Program-made: the position numbers and the translations under genes | Source: Bryobacterales bacterium | Lineage (GTDB): Bacteria; Acidobacteriota; Terriglobia; Bryobacterales; UBA6623 | DNA: 64,000 nucleotides | NCBI GenBank assembly: GCA_028819215.1 | Contig: JAPPMG010000102.1 | Coordinates: forward strand, 69,541-133,540 | Direction: 5' to 3' | Notes under the pieces: generated by a model | Databases searched by the model: none | What the model saw: the letters and a program-made list of their open reading frames with translations, nothing else | Told to the model about the DNA's origin: nothing | Shown: positions 35,058-44,551 of the stretch, piece by piece | Layout: every line of letters starts with the position of its first letter | How positions within the stretch are numbered: the stretch's first letter is position 1

Positions 35058-36875
35058 ATGCTAGTGCGCTACCTAAAGACCATATCCCCCCGGGCGGGTC
35101 TCGTTTTGACCGCAATGTTCGCGCTAGCGACAAGCAGCTTCAGCGCCGAACACAAGTTCCCGCAGTCTTCCCCGCCACGCAATGACATTCGCGTCGAGAA
35201 CCGCGTCCCGATTCCGATGCGTGACGGGGTCGTGCTCTACGCAGACGTCTATCGACCCGTGGGCGAGGGCAAGCACCCCGTGATCGTCTCGCGAACTCCC
35301 TACTCGACCGAGCGGGCGCCTTCCGCCTATGCGGCCGCGGTCTACTTTTCCCGGCGCGGGTATGCGTACGTGTTTCAGGATGTGCGTGGCAGGCACGAGT
35401 CCGAAGGCCTCTGGGAGCCGTTCCGGGACGATTTCAACGACGGCTACGACACCATCGAGTGGGCCGCGGTCCAGCCGTGGTCGAACGGCAAGGTGGGCAT
35501 GGAGGGCGGGTCCTATCTCGGCCACGTGCAGTGGCGGGCGGCGCACGCGAGACCGCCGCACCTGGTGACGATCTTTCCGCGGGTTGCCTCAACAAGCATC
35601 TACCACGACTGGATCACCGTCAACGGCGGCTGGCGGCTGGCATTCAACTTCGGCTGGGGGCCGGTCCGTCAAGAATCCCGGATCATGCAGAATCCCGGGC
35701 CGCACACCATGGCGGGCGGCCCCGACGCGATTTCGTACGACGACGTCGTATGGCATCTGCCGCTGACCGAAATGCAAGGGCTGGTGGGCCGCGACGCCCA
35801 GTTCTACAAAGACTGGCTAGCCCACCCAGACTACGACGACTACTGGCGGAGCCTTAGCGTCGAGGAGCACTTCGACCAGATCGAGGTGCCAGTCCACACC
35901 ATGGGAGGGTTCTTCGACATCTTCGCGCAGGGCACGTTGCGCGGGTACGCAGGCGTCAGCGCCGAGGGCGCTACCACCGAAGCACGCACAGGCAGCAACA
36001 TGGTAATCGGACCTTGGGAGCACGGAGTCTCCCAAACGGTGGGCGACATGGACTGGGGCGAAGCGGCTGTGGTGGACACCAACGCGCTTGCACTGCGTTG
36101 GTTCGACTACTGGCTCAAGGGTGTGGACAACGGTTTGGCAGACGAACCGCCTGTCAAGGTCTTCGTAATGGGGAGCAATCAGTGGCGCTACGAGTCTGAG
36201 TACCCGCTGAAGCGGACCAAGTACACGCCGCTGTACCTCAATAGCAGCGGCAATGCTAACGGATCCCACGGGGACGGCGTCCTGTCTTGGAGCAAACCAG
36301 CCGGAGGGTCATCGGCCGACAGCTATCGTTACGATCCGGCGAATCCCGTGCCCAGCCTAGGGGGCGCGAACTGCTGCGGAGTAGCCACGACGTCGGGGGC
36401 ACGAGACCAGCGTCCGATCGAGCACCGCCCCGACGTGCTGGTCTACACCTCAAAGATCCTCGCAAGCCCGGTAGAGGTATTAGGGCCGTTGAAGCTAGTG
36501 CTCTTCGCATCCTCCAGCACCGTCGACACGGATTTCGTAGCCAAGTTGGTAGACGTGTACCCAGACGGTCGATCGATTAACGTGGCGGAGGGAATCCTGC
36601 GTGCCCGCCACAGAGAGGGTCCGACCAAGCAGGTCCTGATGAAGCCAGGGGAGATCTACCAGCTCGAGTTGGACATGATCGGGACCGCAAACCTCTTCCA
36701 GCGTGGGCACCGCATCCGCGTCCACGTCACGAGCAGCCATTTCCCGCAGTTCGCGCGGAATTTGAACAACGGCCAGCCTTACGGCACCAGCGTTGAAGCG
36801 GTTGTGGCAGACCAGACGATCTACCACTCCAGCAGCCGGGCGTCACACATCTTGCTCCCCGTAATCGAAGAGTAG
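35058..36875 (+). CDS. CocE/NonD family hydrolase (S15 X-Pro dipeptidyl-peptidase-like), secreted
   Basis: Part of ORF 34839..36875 (+). The track start is TTG; ATG 35058 gives a signal-like N-terminus. LYADVYRPVGEGKHPVIVSRTPYS..., YAYVFQDVRGRHESEGLW, GGSYLG nucleophile, C-terminal HRIRVHVTSSHFPQFARNLN. Confidence 0.85.
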   Translation: MLVRYLKTISPRAGLVLTAMFALATSSFSAEHKFPQSSPPRNDIRVENRVPIPMRDGVVLYADVYRPVGEGKHPVIVSRTPYSTERAPSAYAAAVYFSRRGYAYVFQDVRGRHESEGLWEPFRDDFNDGYDTIEWAAVQPWSNGKVGMEGGSYLGHVQWRAAHARPPHLVTIFPRVASTSIYHDWITVNGGWRLAFNFGWGPVRQESRIMQNPGPHTMAGGPDAISYDDVVWHLPLTEMQGLVGRDAQFYKDWLAHPDYDDYWRSLSVEEHFDQIEVPVHTMGGFFDIFAQGTLRGYAGVSAEGATTEARTGSNMVIGPWEHGVSQTVGDMDWGEAAVVDTNALALRWFDYWLKGVDNGLADEPPVKVFVMGSNQWRYESEYPLKRTKYTPLYLNSSGNANGSHGDGVLSWSKPAGGSSADSYRYDPANPVPSLGGANCCGVATTSGARDQRPIEHRPDVLVYTSKILASPVEVLGPLKLVLFASSSTVDTDFVAKLVDVYPDGRSINVAEGILRARHREGPTKQVLMKPGEIYQLELDMIGTANLFQRGHRIRVHVTSSHFPQFARNLNNGQPYGTSVEAVVADQTIYHSSSRASHILLPVIEE

Positions 36876-36968
36876 AGCCCTTGGGTCCCTTTGCTGGGAC
36901 TCGGGCCCCGACACCGGATCACCCGGTATCGCGCATAGCTGCGACCGCTTGCCAAGCGCACCGGCGCA

Positions 36969-38732
36969 TCAGAGCGCACCGCCGGAGTCGTGAACGAGCT
37001 TGCCGCCGAGATACGTCCGCTCGACCTGAATCTGCTTCACCTCTTCCATCGGGCACTCGAGTATGTCCCGGTCCAGAACAATCAGGTCCGCCAGCTTGCC
37101 GACTTCCAAGGATCCCTTCTCGTCCTCTGCGAAGGTGATGTACGCGTTGTTCGTCGTGTATAGCCGGATCGCGTCTTGACGGGTAATCCTCTGCTCCGGC
37201 TGGAGGACGGCGTCGGTCCAACGCGGCTGCCTAGTGAGTGCAATCCACATGCCGAAGAACGGGTTGTAGGGATTGATCGACCGCATGTCACCGATCTTCT
37301 GCATGTGGTCCGATCCTCCGCCCACGATCACCCCAGAGTCACGAAGGCTCTTGTAGGGCTGAAAGTAGCGCAGCCGGGCCTCTCCAAACTGCTTGAGCAA
37401 AGTGGCGCCATCGCGTTCAAGCCAAGCAGGTTGCAAGTCGGCAACTATGCCAATTTCGGCCATCCGGCGGACGGCCTCCGGGCTCATGAAGTTCGCGTGC
37501 GTGATGCAGGGCCGCATGTCGCGTACTCGGAATTCATCGTCGATCTCGGCGTAGGCGTCAATCAATGCATGCACGGCTCCGTCGCCGACCGAATGCGCGG
37601 TGGGTTGCAAGCCGTGCCGGAGCGCCAGGCGCACGATGGCATAGGTCTTGCCGGGAGGAACGAAGCGCAGGCCGCGATAGTTCGGATCGGTGATCGAGTA
37701 CACATCGCTAACGCCCCACGGCTCGCGCATGTAGGCACTGCCTGTCAACATGCCCCCGTCTAGGAAGAACTTGATGCCACGCAGCCAGAGCATCGGGCTG
37801 TAGCGGTGTCTAGGGTGACGCGCCAGCTTGGCTATCGAGGCCTCGATGTCTTCCAGCGGAGCTTGGGCATTGATGGCCGAACTCACGAATACCCTAGTGG
37901 TTAGCTCGCCTTGTTGCAGTAGTTCTTCGTATAGTTCAACGGCCTCAAGGCTGGCGTTGCGATCCGCGATGCTGGTCAGGCCCACTCGGTTGTATGCCGC
38001 CATCAACGCTTTGAGACGATTGCGCTGGTCTTCGCGAGTTGGCGCCCGCTGGCTCTCTTCAAACTTGATCAGATGGGCCCCGCTGCGAACGATGCCTGTG
38101 GGTTCGCCGTCGGCGTCGCGTTCGACGAGCCCGAGCTCTCCTTGGGGTATGCGGAAGTCCTTGTCAATGCCGCTTAGCTCTAGCGCCAGCGAGTTCAACG
38201 AAGCATCCGGTCCGGTGCGAAAGTAGGCGGCGTGCTTCGGCGCGGCTTCATCAAGCTCGGCCCGTGTCGGGTAGCGCTGTTCGCGCAAGCGGGTGATAAA
38301 TACCTGTTGGAGCCGAATCCAGTCCCCCTCTGGTACGACCTCCGCCCGCTGCCGGAAGTAGTCCAGCACGTCTGCGACAGTCTCCATGTCGGGCACGGTG
38401 TGATCGAATTCGTAAAGCGCAGCACCCAGTGGATGGGTGTGCGTGTCGATCAGGCCCGGCAGAACCGTCTTGCCCTTCAAGTCGACCAGCTGGGTCGTTG
38501 CCGTCGCCAGTGCCCGTACTTCGGAATTCGTGCCGACCGCTATGATGCGGTCGCTTTGGACGGCCAGCGCCTCCGCAATCGAAAACTCCTGGTCTACAGT
38601 TACGACCTTGCCGTTGTGGAGGATCAAGTCCGGCTGCGCGATAGCCAGATCGGATGCCGGCCCTGCCAGCAACAGACACAGCAACGCCGCTGAAAATCGA
38701 CCGGCGCCCGTCTTGGTTCGAGACTTCGTCAT
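36969..38732 (-). CDS. amidohydrolase family protein (YtcJ / amidohydrolase-3-like), secreted
   Basis: Part of ORF 36969..38960 (-); ATG 38732 gives MTKSRTKTGAGRFSAALLCLLLAGPASDLAIAQ. LILHNGKVVTVD...VDLKGKTVLPGLIDTHTHP and later HANFMSP, GGGSDH. Confidence 0.8.
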   Translation of the reverse strand: MTKSRTKTGAGRFSAALLCLLLAGPASDLAIAQPDLILHNGKVVTVDQEFSIAEALAVQSDRIIAVGTNSEVRALATATTQLVDLKGKTVLPGLIDTHTHPLGAALYEFDHTVPDMETVADVLDYFRQRAEVVPEGDWIRLQQVFITRLREQRYPTRAELDEAAPKHAAYFRTGPDASLNSLALELSGIDKDFRIPQGELGLVERDADGEPTGIVRSGAHLIKFEESQRAPTREDQRNRLKALMAAYNRVGLTSIADRNASLEAVELYEELLQQGELTTRVFVSSAINAQAPLEDIEASIAKLARHPRHRYSPMLWLRGIKFFLDGGMLTGSAYMREPWGVSDVYSITDPNYRGLRFVPPGKTYAIVRLALRHGLQPTAHSVGDGAVHALIDAYAEIDDEFRVRDMRPCITHANFMSPEAVRRMAEIGIVADLQPAWLERDGATLLKQFGEARLRYFQPYKSLRDSGVIVGGGSDHMQKIGDMRSINPYNPFFGMWIALTRQPRWTDAVLQPEQRITRQDAIRLYTTNNAYITFAEDEKGSLEVGKLADLIVLDRDILECPMEEVKQIQVERTYLGGKLVHDSGGAL

Positions 38733-38966
38733 GATGCTGGGCAAAGTCCGCAGCACCAAGCTTTCCGCGCATGCAGCATGGACCGTATCGTCGCATACCA
38801 TGCGGAGCGTTGAGCGGGCCCGGCAGGAGCGCTGTCGGCACACTGCCTCCAAACATGGCATCCTTGACATGCCTTGCAAGATCATTCGACCGTGAGACAG
38901 CTTGATCGGAGGACGCCAGATCGGATGGCGGCGGAGGCCGCAGATGTCCACCGGCAGCATTGGCTG

Positions 38967-40943
38967 ATGCGTAGCCTGACCAGGCCCTTCCCGACGCGGG
39001 CACTTCGAGAGCCGGTGACGAAGCTCTTGGCCATGCTGGTCGTTTCAGCGCTCTATTCGGCGGGCGCCGTCGCCGATTCCGGAATTCCCAAGACCGAGGT
39101 CGACATACCAGCCATTCACGTCAGCCATCCCCGGGCCGCGCCGCCTTGGGCGCTGATGCAGCGCCATTTGATCGAAACCATGGATCGCGCGGGCGAAGCC
39201 TTCTACAACACCTACGTCAAGCCTGACGGAACGCTGCGTTGGAAGGAACGCTACGAAGGCGGCATGAATTCCTCCGACGATGCCTACGAGGGATTTCGAG
39301 GATTCTCCCTGCATCACGTGCTCGGCGGGGCAAAGCGACTCGACACACTGCACCGCCAAGTCTGGGAGGGCATTACCCGCCAGTTTTCGCGCTACGGCCA
39401 GATCTACCGCGAATTCGACAGCAACTGGGACTGGATGCATCACGGCGAAGGCTATGTATCGTTCTACCCGCTGGGCATGGCAGATCCGTACGACCAGCGC
39501 TTCCGCGAGCGCTCTGTGCGGTTCGCCGCTATGTACATAGGGGAAGACCCCGAAGCCCCCAACTACGACCCGGACCTGAAACTGATGCGAGCTTCGATGA
39601 CGGGAAGTCGCGGCCCCAAGATGCAGTGGAGCAAGCGCGACTGGATTCCGACGAATGCGAACCTGGTCTACTACCACCTGCCATTCGACGACATACCTGG
39701 CGTGCCATCTGCCACAGGCTGGATCAACGACCACCCTTCGGACGACCAGTTCGGGCGGATCGTGAAGACCATGAGCGATCGGATGGCGCGCGGCGACGTA
39801 CCGATCAATCTCACTGCCGCGCCGCTGATCGCTGACGCGTTCCTCTACACCGCTGAAGACAAGTACCGGCGTTGGGTCGTCGACTACTTGACCAAGTGGA
39901 TGCAGCTGACCGAGCAGAACGACGGCATCACGCCAGACAATGTCGGCATTAGCGGCGAGATCGGCGAACATACCGGCGGCCGTTGGTGGGGAGGCTACTA
40001 CGGCTGGAAGTGGCCGCGCGGCGGCACCGATATCGTGCTGGCATCCCTAACCGCAGCCAAGGTGGCAGTCCTGCTCACGGGCGAAAGCGGCTGGCTGGAA
40101 CTGCCGCGAAGCCAGATGGGCGTGCTGCGCGAGCGCGGCGAGCTCCGGGAAGGCGTGTCCACCGTGCCGATCCGCTATGACGACAGGAATCAGTGGCATC
40201 ACTTCGTGCCTGAGCCAGCACACCCGTACGTGCATCTCTGGCACACCTCCCAGAGCTCTGAGGATTGGGAGAACATCGAACGCCTGGGTGATCTTGCCCT
40301 CAGGGCCGGAAGGCTCGGCGATCCAGACCTAGGCTGGGCGTACTTTGTGCAGGGCCGAAATCCGAACTTCCCGATCGAGGCGCTCCAAGCGGACCTTCAG
40401 TTCGTGCAGCGAAAGCTCAAGCGCGTGCTCAACGAGCGCGGCGACCCGGAGACTTGGTTCGACGCACACTGGCTCAGCCTGGAGCCGATGCCGACAGACA
40501 ATCTGGTGCGCCTGACAATCGGCGGCCTGCCGGTGCACAAGCGGGGCGAGATGCTGCACTCCTACTTGCGCTACTTCGATCTCGACGCAGGCAAGCCTGG
40601 CCTGCCCCAAGGGGTGGCTGCATTGGTGACATCCGTTTCACCTGACAAAGTGGAACTCGATATCGTCAACACCAACCTCTTCGAGAGCCGCTCCATGATC
40701 GTCCAAGGCGGCGCCTATGGCGAGCACGTCGTCACGAATGTGACCTATCTGGCCCCAGGAGCCTTCCGTGGCCCGGGCTCGCCGCCAAGTGGAACCCCCG
40801 AGCCCGCCGAGCAAACGGTCAGCGTTGACGGGAGATACTTCCGCGTAGACCTCGAGCCGGGTGCGGGCGCCTCCCTCAAAATCGGCCTCCGCCGCTTCTC
40901 GTCGCAGCCAAGCTATGCCTTTCCATGGCGAGTGGACAGATAG
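38967..40943 (+). CDS. hypothetical secreted protein, no family recognised
   Basis: Part of ORF 38874..40943 (+). The track start is TTG; ATG 38967 gives MRSLTRPF...LLAMLVVSALYSAGAVA (signal-like). About 658 aa and Trp/Tyr-rich. Its stop abuts the next gene's start (TAGATG). Confidence 0.5.
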   Translation: MRSLTRPFPTRALREPVTKLLAMLVVSALYSAGAVADSGIPKTEVDIPAIHVSHPRAAPPWALMQRHLIETMDRAGEAFYNTYVKPDGTLRWKERYEGGMNSSDDAYEGFRGFSLHHVLGGAKRLDTLHRQVWEGITRQFSRYGQIYREFDSNWDWMHHGEGYVSFYPLGMADPYDQRFRERSVRFAAMYIGEDPEAPNYDPDLKLMRASMTGSRGPKMQWSKRDWIPTNANLVYYHLPFDDIPGVPSATGWINDHPSDDQFGRIVKTMSDRMARGDVPINLTAAPLIADAFLYTAEDKYRRWVVDYLTKWMQLTEQNDGITPDNVGISGEIGEHTGGRWWGGYYGWKWPRGGTDIVLASLTAAKVAVLLTGESGWLELPRSQMGVLRERGELREGVSTVPIRYDDRNQWHHFVPEPAHPYVHLWHTSQSSEDWENIERLGDLALRAGRLGDPDLGWAYFVQGRNPNFPIEALQADLQFVQRKLKRVLNERGDPETWFDAHWLSLEPMPTDNLVRLTIGGLPVHKRGEMLHSYLRYFDLDAGKPGLPQGVAALVTSVSPDKVELDIVNTNLFESRSMIVQGGAYGEHVVTNVTYLAPGAFRGPGSPPSGTPEPAEQTVSVDGRYFRVDLEPGAGASLKIGLRRFSSQPSYAFPWRVDR

Positions 40944-41927
40944 ATGCGCACTCTGTGGTTCGTTCTTGTCGCGTTCTTAGCCCCGGCTGTCGGACCCGGC
41001 CAGATGGGTTCACCCGGAGGTGGTGAGACACAGGCGATCGCCCTGCACCCCACTGACACCCAGATCATCTACGTTGGGGCTGCCAAAGGACTGTGCAAGA
41101 CCACACGGGGCGGTGCGGACGGTTGGCCGTCAACCGGACTGGAGGCGCTCTCGCCGCGCGTCATCGCCCTCGATCCGGCGAGTCCCGATGTTCTTTATGT
41201 CGGGACTTACGAATCAGGCATCTACAAGACTACCGACGCGGCCGCGTCGTGGCGCCAAGCCAACACCGGACTTACGAACCTCAAGGTGCGCGGCATAGTG
41301 GTCGATTGGGACAACAGCGAGCGGATTTACGCCGCAACCGATGGCGGGGGCGTTTTCAAGAGCGCGGACGGGGGAGCAAGCTGGCACGAAGCGAATCGGG
41401 GATTGGTCGACAAGACACTTCGCTGTTTGGTGCAAGCCCCGGACGAGTCTGGCACCCTTTATGCCTGCACGTGGCATGGCGTGTACAAGACTACCGATGG
41501 CGCGGCCTCTTGGAGCGCGAATCCAAGCGGCCTTTTTGATATCGATGTGGCGGCCATCGCAGTCGATCCGACAGACCCCGACGTGATCTATGCGGGGACC
41601 AACCCTGGTGGTGTCCACCGGTCAACCGACGGAGGGCAAAGCTGGTCTGCCGGGCGAGAGCCGCTGACACAGCGCATCATGACGCTCGCCGTCGATCCGG
41701 CCAATCCCGGACACGTATACGTTGGCACCACTAAGGGCGTCTTCCGCAGCGTGGATGCCGGCCGGAGTTTCGAGCCGGCCGGCCTGCAGTGGTCGAATCG
41801 AACATGGACCTTGGTATTTGACGCCAAGACCGCTCCGCCATCCCTGTACTACGGCGGGGAAGGCGGTGTGCTAAAGACCGCCAATGGCGGCCGCTGGTGG
41901 GACGTCACCGGCCCTCAGAGACGCTAG
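40944..41927 (+). CDS. BNR/Asp-box repeat beta-propeller protein (secreted)
   Basis: ORF 40944..41927 (+); signal MRTLWFVLVAFLAPAVG. Five Asp-box-like motifs: TTDAAASWRQA, SADGGASWHEA, TTDGAASWSAN, STDGGQSWSAG, SVDAGRSFEPA. Confidence 0.75.
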   Translation: MRTLWFVLVAFLAPAVGPGQMGSPGGGETQAIALHPTDTQIIYVGAAKGLCKTTRGGADGWPSTGLEALSPRVIALDPASPDVLYVGTYESGIYKTTDAAASWRQANTGLTNLKVRGIVVDWDNSERIYAATDGGGVFKSADGGASWHEANRGLVDKTLRCLVQAPDESGTLYACTWHGVYKTTDGAASWSANPSGLFDIDVAAIAVDPTDPDVIYAGTNPGGVHRSTDGGQSWSAGREPLTQRIMTLAVDPANPGHVYVGTTKGVFRSVDAGRSFEPAGLQWSNRTWTLVFDAKTAPPSLYYGGEGGVLKTANGGRWWDVTGPQRR

Positions 41928-41947
41928 GCGGGGTACTCAATCGGCGT

Positions 41948-42760
41948 CTATGGTTGGACCGGAACTGCCTTGAGATAGTCGAAGACCGCATCCGCGATGC
42001 GCCGACGCTCACCTTCGGACAGGCGATCAGAGAGCGCCGGCATGGTCGCGCCGGTCCGCTCCGACGCTGGCGTCAGGACCAAGCGCAAGAAGGCCGCCTC
42101 CTCGTAGTGCTTGACGATCTCCGCGAGGTTGCCATCGAACTTCGCGCCCCCGAAACCGTTAACCTCGTGACAGCTCAGGCAATGCGTCCTGACGAGTTCA
42201 GCCCCCTCGTGAAAACGGGCGTCTAGACCCGTCGGCACCAGCGCTTCGTCAGACAGGGTGACGAGGCGCATTTCCCTCACCTGATAAGGCCAGTTGCGTG
42301 TACCTTCCAGCACCAGCGCTGGGCTGGAGATGTTGTCCCAAGCGAGATAGTAGGGACCCAGCGGCACGCCCATCTGATTCTGGTGGACATTGTCAACCGT
42401 GAATGGCGCTCCGTCCTCGCGGGCAAAGACAAGGTACGCGCTCTCCTCGGTAAAGCGGCTGACGTCGATGCGAGACACGTAACCGTCCAGGGCGCGGAAC
42501 TCGATCGTGCTGCCTTGGCCTTGCCAGTCCTCGCCAAACAGACGCGCCATCACATCGTTGGCTTGATAGCCGACGTATTCGACCGAGACGTGACTGTCGC
42601 CTACGCTCAAATGCGGCTCGTAAACCCGCACCGTCTGGGCTGTAGACCCCAACAGTCGTTGCAACTCTCCCAACGGAGGCAACTCTGCCGCTTGCGCCGT
42701 TCCCACAATTGGCGCAATGAGAACCGCAAGCGAACTGAGGCCGCAAAACGAAACCCTCAT
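41948..42760 (-). CDS. cytochrome c domain-containing protein (secreted)
   Basis: Part of ORF 41948..42985 (-); ATG 42760 gives the signal MRVSFCGLSSLAVLIAPIVGTAQA. C-terminal class I cytochrome c motif CLSCHEVNGFGG with a downstream GATMP. The N-terminal ~170 aa domain is unassigned. Confidence 0.65.
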   Translation of the reverse strand: MRVSFCGLSSLAVLIAPIVGTAQAAELPPLGELQRLLGSTAQTVRVYEPHLSVGDSHVSVEYVGYQANDVMARLFGEDWQGQGSTIEFRALDGYVSRIDVSRFTEESAYLVFAREDGAPFTVDNVHQNQMGVPLGPYYLAWDNISSPALVLEGTRNWPYQVREMRLVTLSDEALVPTGLDARFHEGAELVRTHCLSCHEVNGFGGAKFDGNLAEIVKHYEEAAFLRLVLTPASERTGATMPALSDRLSEGERRRIADAVFDYLKAVPVQP

Positions 42761-43103
42761 ATCCCTGCCCCCGCGACAAGCCCCTTGCGAGCAGTCCGAT
42801 TCGCCTGAATCAGAGGCCCGAGACCCCGACGGTGCCGGCGCGTAGACGGTTCTGGCATGAGCCCATGACGCTGATTGCATCCAGTGAGACAGGTGCAGCA
42901 TCCACGGCCGCCGCCACTTAGGATACAGGCGACCGCAAAGGAAGATCGCTAGACGACGCTTGTTGCTGTACTCCTCCCTCTTCAAGCCAACCAGCCGGCA
43001 TCCGGCCGTTCTTCAACACGTAGCAGGAGGTGTTCATCACTTGTGGCGGCAGGACTTTCAACAGCGGGCAGGAAATCCAATTTTTGTATACTATACTATA
43101 TAT

Positions 43104-43673
43104 ATGGCGCTAGGAACGCGAAAAAGATTGAACCAGGCTCTCTTGATCAGCACAACAGAGCTACCAACGGCACCGAAACTGCCCTTCTATGACCAACTCG
43201 AGGATCTGCTGGACAATATCGATTTCGATCACCATGTGGAGTTGGCGTGCCGCCCGTACTATAAATCGCCGCTGGGACGACCGTCGATACCGCCCAGCGT
43301 ATACTTCCGGCTCTTGCTTCTCAGTTGCTTGATTGGCGTCGGCTCCGAGCGCGCCCTGGCCTTTTACGCTCGTGACAGCCTAAGCGTCCGACGGTTTCTT
43401 GGGTACGCTCTCCACGAGCCGGTCCCAGCCGCATCTACGCTCTCGCGCACTCGACGCAGGATTCCGCTCGGCACCCAACAGGAGGTACTTCGATGGGCCC
43501 TGCGACACCTCCGCGAACAAGGATGGGACGGACGCCTAGCGCGTCGTTCGGATTGGGCGGCCTCACCGACTGCCCGTGCACATCGTCCGCAATCCGTACC
43601 GACCTATCGGAAGTTCGTCGCGAGCTTAGCAGAACACGCCAATCGTGACGCGGTGGCCGACGAACTCGAATGA
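43104..43673 (+). mobile_element. truncated IS5/IS1182-like transposase (N-terminal DUF772 region only), IS remnant
   Basis: Part of ORF 42960..43673 (+). From ATG 43104: ...YYKSPLGRPSIPPSVYFRLLLLSCLIGVGSERALAFYARDSLSVRRFLGY...PAASTLSRTRRRI, the typical N-terminal domain of these transposases. No DDE catalytic region follows. Preceded by the AT-rich patch 43074-43106. Confidence 0.6.
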
Positions 43674-43727
43674 CCGCTCGTTCTGGTTTCGTCGGCCCAC
43701 CGACCTGTCTCGCAACCCTGAGTCTCG

Positions 43728-44186
43728 TTACCGCGCCTGCATGTGAACGAGGCCAGCGCCGTGGCTCCCAACGAACTCGCACAGTGGAACGACGATTGGC
43801 CTGTAGGTCGTAGACTCGACTGCCGCGACGAATCGCTTGTCAGCTGTAACCACCTTGGTTCCGATCAGTAACGCAAGCGCCAAATACATGCAATCGTATG
43901 CGGGATGGCCGATTTCGACAGCAATCCGCACCGCTTCAACACATGTCCGTTCGTCGTCTCTCCACTGCAAGGGCATGTCAACCAAGGCGGCAGCCAAGCG
44001 AGCAGCTTCGTAGTCGTCGATTGAGCCATTGCGGGCCTTGCGCCAAAGCATGTTGCCGATCTCTGACGCCAGTAAGCGTGGCGCGTGGAGGTCGAAAGAC
44101 CCGTCCAAGAGCACCGCAGCTATCTCTGAATCAGGCTCCGCGATCAGCCATTTGGCCGCTACGCTCGCATCCACGACCAACACCAT
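43728..44186 (-). CDS. vapC: PIN-domain toxin VapC
   Basis: ORF 43728..44192 (-). MVLVVDASVAAKWL...LLASEIGNMLWRK...YDCMYLALALLIGTKVVTADKRF. ATG at 44186; the TTG at 44192 would overlap the antitoxin stop. Confidence 0.8.
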   Translation of the reverse strand: MVLVVDASVAAKWLIAEPDSEIAAVLLDGSFDLHAPRLLASEIGNMLWRKARNGSIDDYEAARLAAALVDMPLQWRDDERTCVEAVRIAVEIGHPAYDCMYLALALLIGTKVVTADKRFVAAVESTTYRPIVVPLCEFVGSHGAGLVHMQAR

Positions 44187-44188
44187 CG

Positions 44189-44458
44189 TCAACTCCGGTG
44201 GTCGCGGTCTCGGTCCTCCCGAATGAGATCCGCGCTCGACTTCTCCGAGCGATTCGGGATTTCCTTCCGCAGTCGTTCGGATAGAACCACGAATGCCCTT
44301 CTCTTCGCCTCCATGTCGTTGTCGACAGCGGCACCGAGAATCTGCCGGACTTCCCCCTCAAGAGACCTGCCGTTGATCTCGGCACGAGCTTTCAATCTCC
44401 GCATCACCGAGTCGTCGAGTCGGCGTACCGTTATCGTAGCCACGAGCGCATCCCCCAT
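44189..44458 (-). CDS. FitA/VapB-type antitoxin
   Basis: ORF 44189..44458 (-), 89 aa. ATITVRRLDDSVMRRLKARAEINGRSLEGEVRQILGAAV is paralogous in pattern to the antitoxin at 7386..7628. Confidence 0.7.
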   Translation of the reverse strand: MGDALVATITVRRLDDSVMRRLKARAEINGRSLEGEVRQILGAAVDNDMEAKRRAFVVLSERLRKEIPNRSEKSSADLIREDRDRDHRS

Positions 44459-44551
44459 CGGATGCTAGCACAATAGCAGCAAGATGGAAGCATATTGCTT
44501 GCACTTTGAGCGATCAACGAGTCCTTTCGGACATGGCTTTCCGCAGCGCGG

